A stretch of 59,358 bases of DNA from Trichoplax sp. H2 (Eukaryota): assembly GCA_003344405.1 (NCBI GenBank), contig NOWV01000297.1, positions 1-59,358 on the forward strand. The letters are read 5' to 3'. Below, one piece after another: positions 38,527-52,500 of the stretch (the stretch's first letter is position 1; every line of letters begins with the position of its first letter). The notes under the pieces were generated by a model. The model saw only the letters and a program-made list of their open reading frames with translations. It did not search any database and was not told where the DNA came from. The translations under genes and the position numbers were made by a program.

Positions 38527-39600
38527 TTAAATTGACTGGCTGTAAGCTTCACCAAAGTTAGCATACAATGAATTTCTGGTAAAGCTTTCCAAGTTATTGA
38601 CATGAGGTGAACACTTGACTGCAGATGGGATATTCATGTAAGTATGTTGCAATGATTGTTGTCGGCCATTTTGAAACGGCTGTTGATGATATCCACTACA
38701 ATTGATTGGATGATTATTAGCTTGCCACGCATCAACGCTCGTGATTGGCACTCCATTAATCAACTGGGCTTTGTTTGCAAATGTGTTATGTAAGCTAGCC
38801 GTAGTAGTAGCGGTGTGATGATTGCTGTCAACATATTCCCAATCCTCTTGATAGGACTGTTGTTTACTAGGTGGAAAGTATTGGTTGAGTTCACCAGGAT
38901 CGACATTACAACTAGTGAATTCATTCAATAAATCGCTAAATTCATTTTTTGACATATTGACCGAGTTGGCTTGACATGAAGGTAGCGATCGTTGCTGTTG
39001 TTGACTTGGTAATGGCTGTTCCGGCTGTTGTGGAGGAGAATGTTCGACAGAATCGGTACTAGCGCAACGCTTGATGGCGGTTGTTGGATAGAGAGTTGTG
39101 GTTTCATTGCGTAAAGCTTTAAAAATTTCACTGGCTGGTATTTCTTGTGGTTCATCATCACCACTGGAAACAGAACCAGCTCTTTTTTGTTTATTTTTAC
39201 GACGTGGTTGGTATTTGTAGTCGGGGTGATCCATTTTATGCTTGATCCTTAAACGTTCCGCTTCTTCGATAAAGGGTTGCTTCTGTTCATCGCCTAACAA
39301 TTTCCACAATTTGCCCAACGTTTTACTTAATTCAGCGTTGTGTAAGTTGGGATATTGTTCGGAGATTTTTTGACGAGCGGCTTGTGCCCATACCATAAAA
39401 GCATTCATGGGGCGTTTAATGTGTTGTCGACTACGTTGGCTAGTATGTAACTTGATCGACATAGGCACCGAACTCCAATCGTAATCTTGAAGGACGTAGG
39501 AGACGGCACTTTTAACTTTCTTGCTGATATTTTCATTGTTGACAGGATTGATATCCAAGCAAGGCTTGATGTTAACGTTGTGGACTTTAGTATTAGACAT
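38527..39600 (-). CDS. SoxE: Group E Sox (SOX8/9/10-like) HMG-box transcription factor, 357 aa, intronless CDS
   Basis: SoxE dimerisation motif [22 protein letters not shown] box [17 protein letters not shown]...[14 protein letters not shown]...[25 protein letters not shown]2-like [12 protein letters not shown]. First ATG is at 39600; the ORF-track start at 39705 is a TTG. Confidence 0.95.
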   Translation of the reverse strand: MSNTKVHNVNIKPCLDINPVNNENISKKVKSAVSYVLQDYDWSSVPMSIKLHTSQRSRQHIKRPMNAFMVWAQAARQKISEQYPNLHNAELSKTLGKLWKLLGDEQKQPFIEEAERLRIKHKMDHPDYKYQPRRKNKQKRAGSVSSGDDEPQEIPASEIFKALRNETTTLYPTTAIKRCASTDSVEHSPPQQPEQPLPSQQQQRSLPSCQANSVNMSKNEFSDLLNEFTSCNVDPGELNQYFPPSKQQSYQEDWEYVDSNHHTATTTASLHNTFANKAQLINGVPITSVDAWQANNHPINCSGYHQQPFQNGRQQSLQHTYMNIPSAVKCSPHVNNLESFTRNSLYANFGEAYSQSI

Positions 39601-40086
39601 GATGAAAAAAACGATCGATCCGAAGAGAGAGAGAAGGAGGGAAAAAATGTAGGTTAGTCTTGATAGACGAGGATTTTTTTCTTGGCTTGAAAAATAGCCT
39701 TCCAAAGTAATTGATGGTTGAAGAAAAGGATTTTCGATCCGAATCGTACGGATAGATCCAAAATAGAAGAGGGGGGCAAAAAAATGGAGTGATCCACTAT
39801 AGGAAAAAAAAGAAAACTAACTCGAATCAACGTCCCAAATGTTGAGAAAAAGTTGTTCACACGATAGAATAGGATTTTTCTGCTCCCAGTAGCTAAGCAA
39901 GTAGACTAAGAGGAAAACAACGTTCAAGTTGGAAACAAGATCGCAAAAAAGGAAGAGGAAAAAACCGGCGTTTGAATTGTCAATTGGAAATAGAGTGCAG
40001 TAGAAACAGCAGACAAAGCTCAAATACGAGTGCACTTGGTACAAGTACGCCAATCTTGTGTTGTCAGATGAAATGGATTGCAATAA

Positions 40087-40255
40087 ACTGAAGAAGAAAT
40101 TGGATGTTTGGCATTTATATAGAGATTGGGATTGTTTACGGCGCTAGGAATTATTATGATAAATTGTAATAGCCTACGCCTTGCTGATTGATTGAATTGA
40201 TTATTGGTTGATTTGAGAGTGACATTTGTCATCTTGGGGGTCGATGATGATTGGT
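40087..40255 (-). promoter_or_regulatory. SoxE core promoter: TATA box, Initiator, CCAAT boxes
   Basis: Minus strand TATATAAA at 40121-40114 lies 30-32 nt before TCAGT (A at 40089); CCAAT at ~40129-40125, ~40207-40203 and ~40254-40250; overlapping ATTGTTTAC (Sox/Fox-like) at 40131-40139. Confidence 0.7.
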
Positions 40256-43200
40256 AGAAAAGTTGTAAAAAACATGTTTTTTATCCATGGACATACACAA
40301 GACATGTCAAGCTGTCAATCAAACGCGGCATCCAAGACAAGTTAATTAAATTTTTAAATTGAAGGATGCAATATGTCACTTTTCTTCTGATGCTTGATCC
40401 AATCAATCTAAACAATACTACTCCAATTTATATTGTCATTTCTTCTGGTAACAATTGTTAACATGGCCAAGCATCATTGCTTATCTGTAGCTAATATTTC
40501 AAGTAAAAGAGGAATATAATCGCCGGCTGTATTCTGTCGGGGTGTGTAACTCGATTGAATGTAAATTGGCACGATACCCTTAATGATGGTAATAGGTGAA
40601 AATAAAGCCCATCCAAAGCGTGCAGTCATGACACTAGCGTAATTAATTGTACGAAGAGTTGGCTAGCCTAACAAACTACCATAACAATACAGGAAATGAA
40701 ACGATAAAATTATACACTCCATACAATAGGACAGTGGATCAAGTTAAATCAGATCTCAACATTATTTTGATGTCGGTAGTACAGTAGTGCCACTGTTCAA
40801 CTATTTAAAGGCAAGGAGGGATGTAAAAATAAAATAAGTAATCAATCAAAAAAAAAATTAAAATATGTAAAATAAATAATGTACTCAAAGACATGATCAT
40901 GATTATGTTAGAATAAGGGGGGGGGGGAGAAAAAAAAAAATTACTTTTATTTATTTGTATCATTACGGCTACTCACTAGGTAGGTAACCCTAGAAAATTA
41001 TACTGTTTATCTAGTAGAGTTCAATTAAATTCAGTCAATCAAAACTTTACTGTAATATGCTCAAGCTTTGACCTTATTGTATTGAATATAAGCCAGCGGT
41101 AGAGAGAGGCCAAATATTGTGGGGGAAAAAAAAAAGATGATGACTATCGTATCCATAGATATTTATTCTGATGGAATACAACATTTCCATCACGATCATC
41201 AACAGATTACAACGATAATGATATCTCTTTTAATGATACAACATCAGGCGATGTGAGTAGGCAATGAACGCTTCCTCTTCCGAACACTCCATGCAGTGTA
41301 ATTATTTTGCTAGAGTATTATTGAAATAGTATGCCTTGATTCATTCCATAGGCGTGTACGTAAAAACATCATTTCCCTGACTAAGGGATTTAACATGCGG
41401 TGACGGTCTAGTGTAGATCATTTTTTAAGGAGAACCAAATTGGCGTCAGAAATATTGACGTAGTTGAAACATCACGCTCTGGTGTCTATGCCAGACTAAC
41501 TACAGTCTAGTACATAAGAAGGGCTTCTACAATACAAGTATGTTGAATGATAGCAGTGAAGATGATAATATTCAAGTTGGACATGGGGTGTACATGATGA
41601 GTGTATTCTTTTCATACTTGGGGGTAAGCCCACAACTGATTACTATCAGGATGGGGATAATAATACTATTGGTTGTATGGAAAAACATGGAATATGCTGT
41701 CTTCATCGAAGAGAAAAATCAATAACGTCGACGAGAAAAAAAAGTATCATCATAATTGAAGGTTGCGTATGATACGTGAATAAATAAAGTAAATGGTGAA
41801 TAAAGTCAATAAGGTATTGAAAATACTGGCTACACTCGAATGATCAAAATAAGGGGGCAGTTCCACCTTCGTATTTGTTGTACCCACCATCCTGAACATT
41901 ACTCTACTCTACTACTATTGAGTGATGTTACACACATGCATAGCACACTATGTACACCAAAGCTTATAGATGCACACTCTATCGACATCCATTCCACAAC
42001 TGGAGCGATTACTCTCTATAAGATCGGTCAACATTGTTGCCGCCATGATTGTATCCAACCCCCTTGTTCCTACATAAAAGCCAATCGATTTGTGTATCTA
42101 CTGGACAAATAATAATATTGAAATAATACCGTATGGACTAGCACTCACCTCATGTTACCTATTGTCTTGACGGCCTTTTTCATACTATTGTTGCACTTAT
42201 TCTACGATACAATATACTAATTAAAATGCTTCTTTCATCTGCCGATCCCCATCAATATTATAGCCCATATTAAGTTGACGATACATCCAATATCGAAGGG
42301 ATAGTAAACAAATATTTTAAGGCTATTCTATCGGCTAGGGAATAATGATATCTAGATAATTGATCGGATAAACATATCCTCTAAATCATTACGTCTTAGC
42401 TAAGCTTGAAGCGCTGCTAATTAGTTCAGTCCGGAGGCATTCGGTAATATCCACTATCGAAATAATAGCCATGGCTAAAATTACATTGGCAAAATGAACT
42501 AATTAATCTATATTTAAAAGGATAATTTCTTGACCATCCATGCAATTTTCTACAGTTGTATATTTTCTATTGCTAGCCTCGGCTATGGACGCGTATACGT
42601 ATACAATAAAAAAAAACCCAAATGTCTGCTTAATTGTATATCATTGTATTGTTCCATGTTAAAATTGGATGCTTAACATTGAATTATTTTGTTTTCGTTA
42701 TAATCCGTCTGACATGAAACTTATTGAGAAATTAATGAATATATACATATATAATCTATTCAAATGCCGATCCCAGGACATACTCTCTCTCTGTTACCAA
42801 CTTCAATAATAATTGTTAATAACGACTCAGTTGAATACACGCCGCAATCTCTTCCTCATTTTCTATCTTGAATAAATAGTTATTTTTATCTGCTTACTGT
42901 AAAGCAATTTAATAGAATGACCTCAATTCTGCCATTCAATACTTAAGGTACTGTTAGTCCATGCGATACATTCGCCTTTTCCAAATTAAAATATAAAATT
43001 ACCAATATTGCAATGCGTCATCGCAACTATCTCGTCATACAATTTATCAATTCTCCTTTCATACGGCTTAATGAATCATCATTTAACGGCATCGATTATA
43101 ATGAATAAATCCAAAAGTGTTTATTCTAGATTAAAGAAATCATCTGTAGTTCAGTCTTTCCCTTTCAATAAAATAGGATCGATTCACAACAGAAACATTA

Positions 43201-46200
43201 GCTAAGTGACTAATTTACTATTAGCTATAACATAGAGAAACATACCTACTTTGATTAGACTCGATCCACGTAAAATAATATAAATAATGTTTTACTGCAA
43301 TCAGAATTTAGAATATCACCGGTATTCGAGTTTAAAGCCATTAGCGTGTGATACTCTATCACTATTTATTTTACTACTATCATCGATCATGAATGAGTTT
43401 ACTGAGTTACTATCTCAATACAATTGCAAAACACATTTTGCCAAGTTTTTATTATGCTTCCGTAAATTGTAGTTTTCAGAGTTAAGTCCCGTTAGCTAGT
43501 TTATTTTCATAGCTTAGATAATTCAAAGGATGCTTTCATGATTTTACTAATGATGTTGTGTAACACTTTGTTAAACCTAACGAATGAAATTTTTATGTCC
43601 ATCTAGCCATTTGCAAGAATGCGGCATTAATATGAGTAATGATTACACTTTGCAAAGCTGACTATGATAGACGTAATACAAGCAGCATGTGCAGTGCTAA
43701 AATACAATAAACAACTCATCGCTCTCAAACTAGTTAGACAGCTCTCTTTCTTTTATTGATACCAAAGTTATACAAAATGGTTAGTTGTAGTGTTTACAAT
43801 TCGATGAAGGAAAGTTGTATTCTTATTCTAGTTCAATTCGGTCCTGTTTTATAGCCATCTAAGTAATTCAATGATTGCTTTAGCGAGATAAAGCTAAATT
43901 TTCACTCTTGGTGAGTAAAGTTCTATTAAATAGGAAGACTATGATTAAGAAGTTCAATTATTGCTCAACTTTTAAGAACGTTTAATCGGATGGCATTTTA
44001 GATTCATATATATATACAGCATAAGAGTATATACAAGAAATGTATTTTAAGCAGCGTAAATGTCGTACAGCTACGTTTCGATAATTATTATAGTACGAAT
44101 GTGATGATAAAGGTTACGAAATGCAAATGAAAGTCTTGAATGGCATCGACAATGAAACTTTGTGTTATTACGCAAAGAGACTATTAACTAGAGACATATC
44201 TGTTAGCTTTACACCTATTTGACGATACCATTAAATTGTATCTGCTTACAGACCCATTAGGATTGTATAACGCATGAATGTTATCCTTACGACCAGCAGA
44301 CCAATTCGCTCATTTTGGATTACAGTATTATTTCTATCCATAACTTTATTAAGTCGATCATTGAACAGTACGCATTCTGTTTAAATTACTGATCACTTAG
44401 TTAGAACATCAATCATCGCAAGCATGTGCCAGAATTATCATCCGATGTAATAAAACATGAGTCTGTTATGAAGTACTTGTTTGTCTGTAGCTTAGTTGTA
44501 TAACATTATGCAAGTTGAATATCCTCTATTATCACTGCATACTCCCATAATGTTGCAGACGTATGGAATTTCATAAATATTTTACTATTCAAAACATGGC
44601 GATAAATAGAAAGTCTTGTTATGCACAGGAATGACGTCAAAACTCCAATGTTGAATGATATTTTATAGAAGACTATTTTCCTTGGCACACATCAACTCAC
44701 GCGATGCAAGCTAACAAGGATAGCTAAATGTTAACTGTTATTAACGCACTCTTTACCTTATTAATTCTATGGTCCCGCCTACAATCTTCGTTTATTACGT
44801 GCCTATCTTTGGGTAATAAATCTGCTAAAGAGAAATTCGAATTAAGTGTGTTTACATATAATTTACTGGGTTACTACCTTTCATGCTATAGGCGTTATCG
44901 CATATTGTATCAGATCCAGTAGAGAAATGAGTTTAAAATTCAGCCATTTTTGCATAACGATTAAGAAAAAGTAGATAAGGAGAGATTCTTTCTTGGTTAA
45001 ATGTACAAATTACAACTTAAATTCGTCATCAGTCATACTACAACGCCTTGACTGGATATTTCAAATCATACAAGAGCTCTAGTAGGCGAATATCTTGCTA
45101 GGCAGAATCGTAACACTTTTATGAAATTATCAATGCTTCCTGTAGATGGGCCTTCACATCATTCTAGATGTAGAAGGTATAAAGTTTACTCTCGCGTTGC
45201 ATCGTTAAATAAAGTAAACGATATCATAAAAAGAATCAACGTAGACCAAATAGAGTACCAATACATCTTCTACTGTAATCTATCCTATGACTTTTTATAT
45301 AAGATCGTATTTAACATTTCGTCTATTTTTCGTTATTCATGGTAAACATCAATGTTGTTTTTTCCAAATAATAACGTAAAAATGGGCCATAGACTGTGAC
45401 TCTAAATATTTGCTCATAGTCCTTGACATATTGTATGATAAGTATGAACTGATTAAAAAAAGCAGCTTTGCAAGCGAAGCAATGGAGTAACAAGGTCAGA
45501 ACATATCAAGACTATGTTGCAAAGCAAATTGTACCTATTTACCCAATTGAAAAGAAAATATGACTGTAGTATTATTGTAAACTCTTCTAGCATGCACTAG
45601 TGCTACCAAACATAAATTAATGACTCCCTTAGGATGGTAAAACAAATTAAAAATAATATAGTCTATAAAAAGATGGATCTTATGTTCTACATTGATTCTC
45701 TCACTCTATACATGATTTTAATAGTTTATGATGTCTATCGGAATTGAAAATAATTACTAAAGTAATATTTACTTAACAGAGTGACATCCTAGCGTCCTCA
45801 TTTAGGTGTAATTCCGCATAATTAGAATAATCAAAGTTACAGAAGCAAAGTACCGTATATTATATGATGTCGGCACAGCACTTGTTTCTATTTACAGCTT
45901 GGAAATTACTGAAATATCTATAGTAAATTGCCGGTGACTTCTGTTTATCTTAAGGACGGTATTTTTGAGTGTTATTCAAGACCAGTATAGAAAAATATGA
46001 TAAATAACTTCCTGTAATGAATGTAGTGCGAGTGATTATTGGCTTGGATTCTATCACATGAAGTAGTAGCAGCTAAAGGAGGATATTTATTAATATTCCA
46101 TTCATAAGGCATTAATAAGAATTATGACCCCGTTTTTGTGGTAATTTGTCTTCTAGGTTGTATCTGCTATACTGACTACAAAATTAGAATTTTTAAGAAC

Positions 46201-46443
46201 TCGATGCAATACTGTACTGTAATTAAGTATCATATTATATATTTGGGTGCTTATTGTGATCAACTGGTAGCCTTTTGTAATAATTCGTGGTATAATTATG
46301 CCATAACCCATTTCTCTTCTTAGAGTATTTTAATATAGGAATGATGAGAGGCAATTCCTTGTGATTATAGTAGCGTGTTGATAGGCATAAATAATTTATA
46401 GACACTGCACGTAGTATGTAAAATACTACATAAGTATTTAAAA

Positions 46444-46725
46444 AGTAAGCTCTGTATTTTATAAGGCGACAGCATTTACCAAAAAGTACATAGCACTATA
46501 AAAATAGAAGCAAAATATAATATAGAAATAGGATGATAATTGGAAGTATTAAAAATATGCAATTTACAAGTTAGATAATCTATTCCGCGATTACAATCTT
46601 ATAGGCATATTACAGTAAGCTCCCTTTTCTATAAGGCATAGTATTATAAAAATAGAAGTAGGATATAATAACGAAATGGGAGGATAGTGGTAAGTATAAA
46701 AATATGCAGTTTTCAAGTTCGATAT
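46444..46725. repeat. Degenerate tandem duplication, ~170 bp period
   Basis: AGTAAGCTC...TATAAGGC...TATAAAAATAGAAG...AAAAATATGCA.TTT.CAAGTT.GATA at ~46444 and ~46615. Confidence 0.75.
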
Positions 46726-49568
46726 GGTAATTAATCTAATACATGATTCTGATCTTGCGTGCTATAGACTCTTATGAAGTAAAAGGACCATACAATTTTC
46801 TATCCTTTAGGTATTCAGCTATGCTATGTAGTTGTAGTAATGTATGGAGTACAGGGCAATTAGGATATTTGACTATATGCTAGGCAAAGCTTATGTACAG
46901 GATATTCTAAAATCGTGGCTATAATTCTATTAATAATTATAATTATAAATAAGGTTAATTTTATCTTCAGGTTAACATTTATAACTCATACTTCGTTACT
47001 ATCATTTCCTACAAAATATCGTTTAAAATAAATATCTTCCGAGACAGTCGTGTTTAACTCATTATCACTGATTCTTTCTTTCTTAACATCCTTAATTATA
47101 TGAGTGCATTCACATCATAGTACCATAATAGGCTTTGTTTAAAATTCTGTAGATAGCAGCAGAAGTAAATTGCCTTTACCATTAATAAGAGAAAGTAGGT
47201 TGAATATTTTTATAGTAGGTTGAATATTTTTATAGTGGCTTATGATCAATTTATTTTAAGTTTTACTATTGTTAGACAGTTTTTTATGATAGGAGACAAT
47301 CAGTTATTAATATACCTTGTCTATCTTTTAATTTTATCAACGTGAAACTAAATATTTTTGTTTTTTATATAAACTATTTTACTATTTTATCTACGTGCTA
47401 GTTAGTTCATTTAAAAAGCGATTACCAAAGCAAAAAATGTCCTTTGAGTTCTAATTTTTTAGTTGCCATGTAAAATAATGATATCACGCGCTGAGAAAAA
47501 GCTTCATTTATTAAATAGGTCCTTTGATGTCATGATTAAATTACGTGATTTTCGATAAATATGCTGAAAGTAGTACCTGGACTTATGTCATTGGCCTATT
47601 TCAATTAATCATCAACTAATGAGTGTTGCTATGAAAAATTGATATAATTATCAGATTTAAAAAGGATTAAATAAAAAAATAAAATGTATAGAGGAGGTTT
47701 AAATTTAAACTAACTGATGTAATCGGAATTCAATAATATAAACAAAGGCTAGAAAGACTAAATTTCTTATAGCATCTATTCAATACCTGACAGACTATCA
47801 CGATGATATTAAAGCGATAATTATAATTTGTAAACAGATTGACGTGATTTTCTGGTAAAAAAAAGTATGTCGTCATATGGCCATGATCGTCAATACTGTT
47901 ATTCTTCATTTTAGGTTCAAATTGATGCTTTATATAATAATTTATAGATAAAGAAATTTGTTAAACGTCCATATTAATATAAGTTATTAATCAGATATAA
48001 TTGCATCTTCCATCCTCTTAACGCATCAATTATTTGACGTACTTATGCACACGATCACATCAACATAATGGATACAGAATTTGGAATCATTATTTTAGAT
48101 TTGTAATTATTATTTTGAAATGCGATTGCTATAACCTTAATATTCAGTCAACGGAAAGCGACTTTGTAAGAAAATCTTTAAATAACTAACTCCAACTAAT
48201 ATAGTGCTTGGGTTAATTTTGAACCGATCGACTTCTGTAGATCTAATAGTGTAAATGTTATTTCGCTGCAACATTTACATTATTCATGGAGTTATGCATC
48301 ATTCGACCAATATTAATATTGTATTATTCAATTGATTTATATGGCTCGCTATACTTCGATGTCGCATCAAATTAATTGATATTAATTTTATTTTTAATTG
48401 AATTTCATCAGATCAAGCTAAAATTGACATGTTCATTAAACTACTTATTTTTTTTAGTTCTATCGGCCATAGTAGTGGTAGTCGGTTCAATATGACTGAT
48501 ATGTCAATAGAATATTCTGATCACTACTGATCCCGTCTTATTTCTATATAAACGACTATTGAATAGCATTTAAAAGTTGAATATTTTATAACTAATCTTG
48601 AGGTAGCCATCATCTACCGGTGGCTTTACTAGGATATAAATTAGTATAAATGTAACGAACATCGATTTTAAAGTAGTTAATACCTATTGCAACATAAGCC
48701 AGCCCCCCTTTCATGCATCATAGATTGTCATTTAATAAATAGATTTTTATGCTTTTATTCAAAGTCATCCAGTCTAACAATGTGTAGAAAATGTATAGAG
48801 AAATAAAGCACTATTCAAATATTAACAATAAAATGAGAGTAAAAGTAGGCATTAGCGAAGAGATCGTTATAGACTGATATTATTGCAGACATCGTTGACT
48901 TTGATCATAGTGTATCTCCTCCTTCTTGCCAACCCCTCTGTTTTGATGAGCTAACTTACAGGAATTGATAGGCGTGTAGTTACATCTGGTGTCGCTAATA
49001 ATATTAATAAGATTGAAGTTCGCGAATTCAAAATTATCTTATGCAAATAAGATAGTGTTTTAGCATGAAGTAAGTTGCCTTAAAGTAATCGAAAGTAATT
49101 GGATCATTGACATACAATTTCATTAGAGTTCCATAGAAAGAAGAAATTTAAACATCAAATTTTATCATTACTTTTGTCTTGTGACAATTAACAATAATAC
49201 GATTTACGTCAACTATTCATGACATTACTAAATTCGGTCGACAAACATTAGAATACAATCTAGATATAGACACGTATTATAGCCAATGTAAATTGTATTA
49301 TTTAGGCAAGTACAGTAGTGCAGTTAATATACAAGATGCCCAAAATAGGACAGCGTGCGAAAATAAATTATCTTATTTATGTTTATACGTAAATATAGAA
49401 AATAAAATCATTTGCGACAAGCTCTAAATTTAATTTATCTCAACCCCACCTCTTCGACTAGAATCTTCTTGGTCCAATTTAATGAATATGTTTAATATTA
49501 TTTCAAATTTCAATTAAATTTGACGGAATATGTCATTAATTATGACTAACGTTGCTCTTCCGCCATAG

Positions 49569-52500
49569 TTATCTATCAGAGATTTCTTCTTCATTAATGC
49601 TAATCAGATAATATTTTATAGGGGTATGCATCAATGCAGTAAATAGTTTTTACTGGATCAGTCATACAATTCAATCTATAAATTTATGTAGCGACAGAAA
49701 AGTGAAAAGAATAGAGTGGATTTTCATATGATCACACTTGTATTAACTTTTTTGTTATATTTCGCGGCAATAGAATCTTTTATGTTGTCATGAGAATCCA
49801 TTGTCTTGTTGGAACTATGAGTAAAATTATCTCATTAATAAATAATAGACATACATAAAAAGCAGCAGAACTAGATAATTCATTTGAATAATGATGAAAC
49901 AAGTTCATCATGTTATGCCGAGAATATTGATGGTTCACATTTTAGATACTGTTTGATGACGTAGTTGATATTTTGTATTTATCTGACTATTATGAAGGAA
50001 TTGTGAGTAGCATTAATATTGAAGACGGTTATTTTAATTAAGAGGGTGGGGAAAAGCTGGTCCTAGCTAATTTTAGCTTATTTCTATGTTGCAGTAACTG
50101 GTAAACAGATCTCAAGAGGCAAAAGGAGAGCGATGACAAGATATCTTTATTGGATAAAGCAGTAACTTGTCTGGATAAATTTGTATTTGAATATTCAATC
50201 TAATTAAATTGAAAATAAAAAATTGGCGACTATGATATTCCAATGGATCTATTCTACTAAATTGTATTTTCAGATTTTTAATTCAATGTTTTGTATTTGG
50301 ATAATAATGGCCTGAATGATACTTTAGCAAAGAAGGTTTCTGTTATCGATTCTTTACGTTAGTTCTTAATATAGAGCAATGTGTGCAAAAGAAAATATTT
50401 TCCGATATTGATTTTTAGCCTAATTGGGAACTGATCTTATTACACATTGAATAATCTCACATTTACTTGTTATTTAATTCAGCTGATATTGTTTATATTG
50501 ATACAGAAAGTTAGTCAAGTTAATTAAGTTGTTAAATAGAGCGATTATTTTTCTCTGATTACTATTACCGGGATTATCCTTATTTTATAAATTAATAAAC
50601 TTTCAGATAAATCTATCTATATACTAGTATATGTGTTGGGATATTGATAATTTCCTGCATATTTAAGTGTAGGCGTTGAAAATTCAAGTATACCTTATAT
50701 TAAGATTTAAAAATATACATGTTTTGACGGAATAAAATAGATTCATTAGATTACCGTTGTTAATATAATATGTAGCTAAGATTGAAAATATGGTTGTATA
50801 GTGCTCATTTGAGCAGGCTGTAAATAGTTGAAAACTTCTGGAAAGAGCGTCTAGGGATTTATTGCAAGTGCTTGAATTATCAACTACTGTAAATTATGCT
50901 TTATAGGCCAGTTATTCTATTTACCTATAAGACATTCCATTATAAAAGAAATAAATCAATAGGAGTGGTCTCGTGGTAAAATAGGTAGAGAACTATTTTT
51001 GAATAGTAATATTAATAAAAATAATTTTCTTTGAGTTTGATTGCTAAAGCATATACACGTAAACATAAACTATAAGCAATTATAGTTGTACTAGATTGCA
51101 TTTATCTTTGGATGAATTTTTATATTCCTTAATTGATTGTATTGCTGTTAACTTCCTGCTGACTTTCATATTTCAAATAATATTCTACTTCATGATATAA
51201 AAATAGTTTAATGATCAATCATTGTTTGAACTGTGGGATACACGTATGCTGATATTAGTCAATGATCTGTTGTTATATTGGTTGGGGTGGGTTAAATAGG
51301 CAAACAATACTGCGAGACTTATTTAATTTAGCGATCACGGTAAATGTTTACCGTGCTTGACGTCTAAAATTTTTTTTATTTATTATTAATCCTATTAATT
51401 ATTTGATTATTCTTCGATAAATATACTCGATAATCATTACTGATGGTATTCTAAATCTATAAGTATCATTTAATGACGGTCTGAATTGATGATAGTAATG
51501 AAACTACTACATATTTAGCTATTTAACTCTCTAATTCTTATTTTAAGTTTTTAAGTATTGCTTTAAAATCAGAACGTTGTATATGACGATAAAAAATCTC
51601 ATTATGAGTTTAAGATCTTATACTGTAAATAATTTATTCTTCAACCATTTGCAAACTTAGCCAATGACTACAATTACTACATTACATCAATTAACAATGA
51701 TATTAATTCCTTCTGTGTCAAACTCTGCTCGGTTTACTTTCGATTGAATAAAAAAACGATCGCTTTCTTTTACATCTTTTTATTATAGGGAACTATTTAT
51801 TGAAAATTCAGCTTATTTACTTTACGATTTTGAAAATATGAACGAGTGCTGAATAGTAAAATAGTTGCTTATTCGTCTTAAATTAGTACAGAGTCGGTAA
51901 AATTTCTCAATTTAAGCTGACAATGAGTACATCGATGTTGATTTAACGAATATATAAGATTGAATATGAATACTGTAATGCAAATTTCTTGTCGGTAGTA
52001 AAGTACAGTAATTGCAATTCTGTCAGTAAAATGATGAATTACAATTAGCTAGAAATATTAGATAGGCTCATAGGATTATAGCCGGCGGGCAGGCCGAAAT
52101 ATTTAGCATATCTTACTTGTACGTACGTTGAAATAAGTACTTAGTAATTTTATATCCGGTTTTGCTTGAAGGTATAAACTTATGAGAAACATCTTGCTAT
52201 TATGATTGTATTCTGAGTAAGCTTAACTAAAATATCAATACGTAGTTAATAGTGTTTTGATTACGATAGTAAGAAGACCTCTTCTTAGTTAAGCTGAATT
52301 TCGCTGATAATAATTATTAATGGAAAATGGGAACATTAATATCTATCCAGGAAAACTGGTTTGTAAGCCATATGCACGTATAGTATGTAATTTGTGCTTT
52401 TAATTTTATCTATGTTATTCAAATACATACGTACATATATCCTGCATCATACATTCAATGCAATTCTATAGATAGTTCAAAAATTATTTAACGTTTACAT

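Noticed and set aside
39601..39705. N-terminal hydrophobic extension of SoxE in the ORF track
   Set aside because: It begins at TTG and derives from a pyrimidine-rich 5'UTR; the first ATG is at 39600
41540..46323. Short ORFs upstream of SoxE (41540, 41840, 43008, 43287, 44506, 44728, 45121, 46138)
   Set aside because: They are 60-90 aa, several have non-ATG starts, and they show no motifs or consistent splice chain; expected by chance
47194..47236. Exact ~20 bp duplication AGTAGGTTGAATATTTTTAT
   Set aside because: Ordinary slippage duplication with no further structure
50096..50161. ISRGKRRAMTRYLYW read as a neuropeptide cleavage site or astacin pro-peptide junction
   Set aside because: No signal peptide, repeated peptides or HEXXH exon was found nearby, and another frame is equally open
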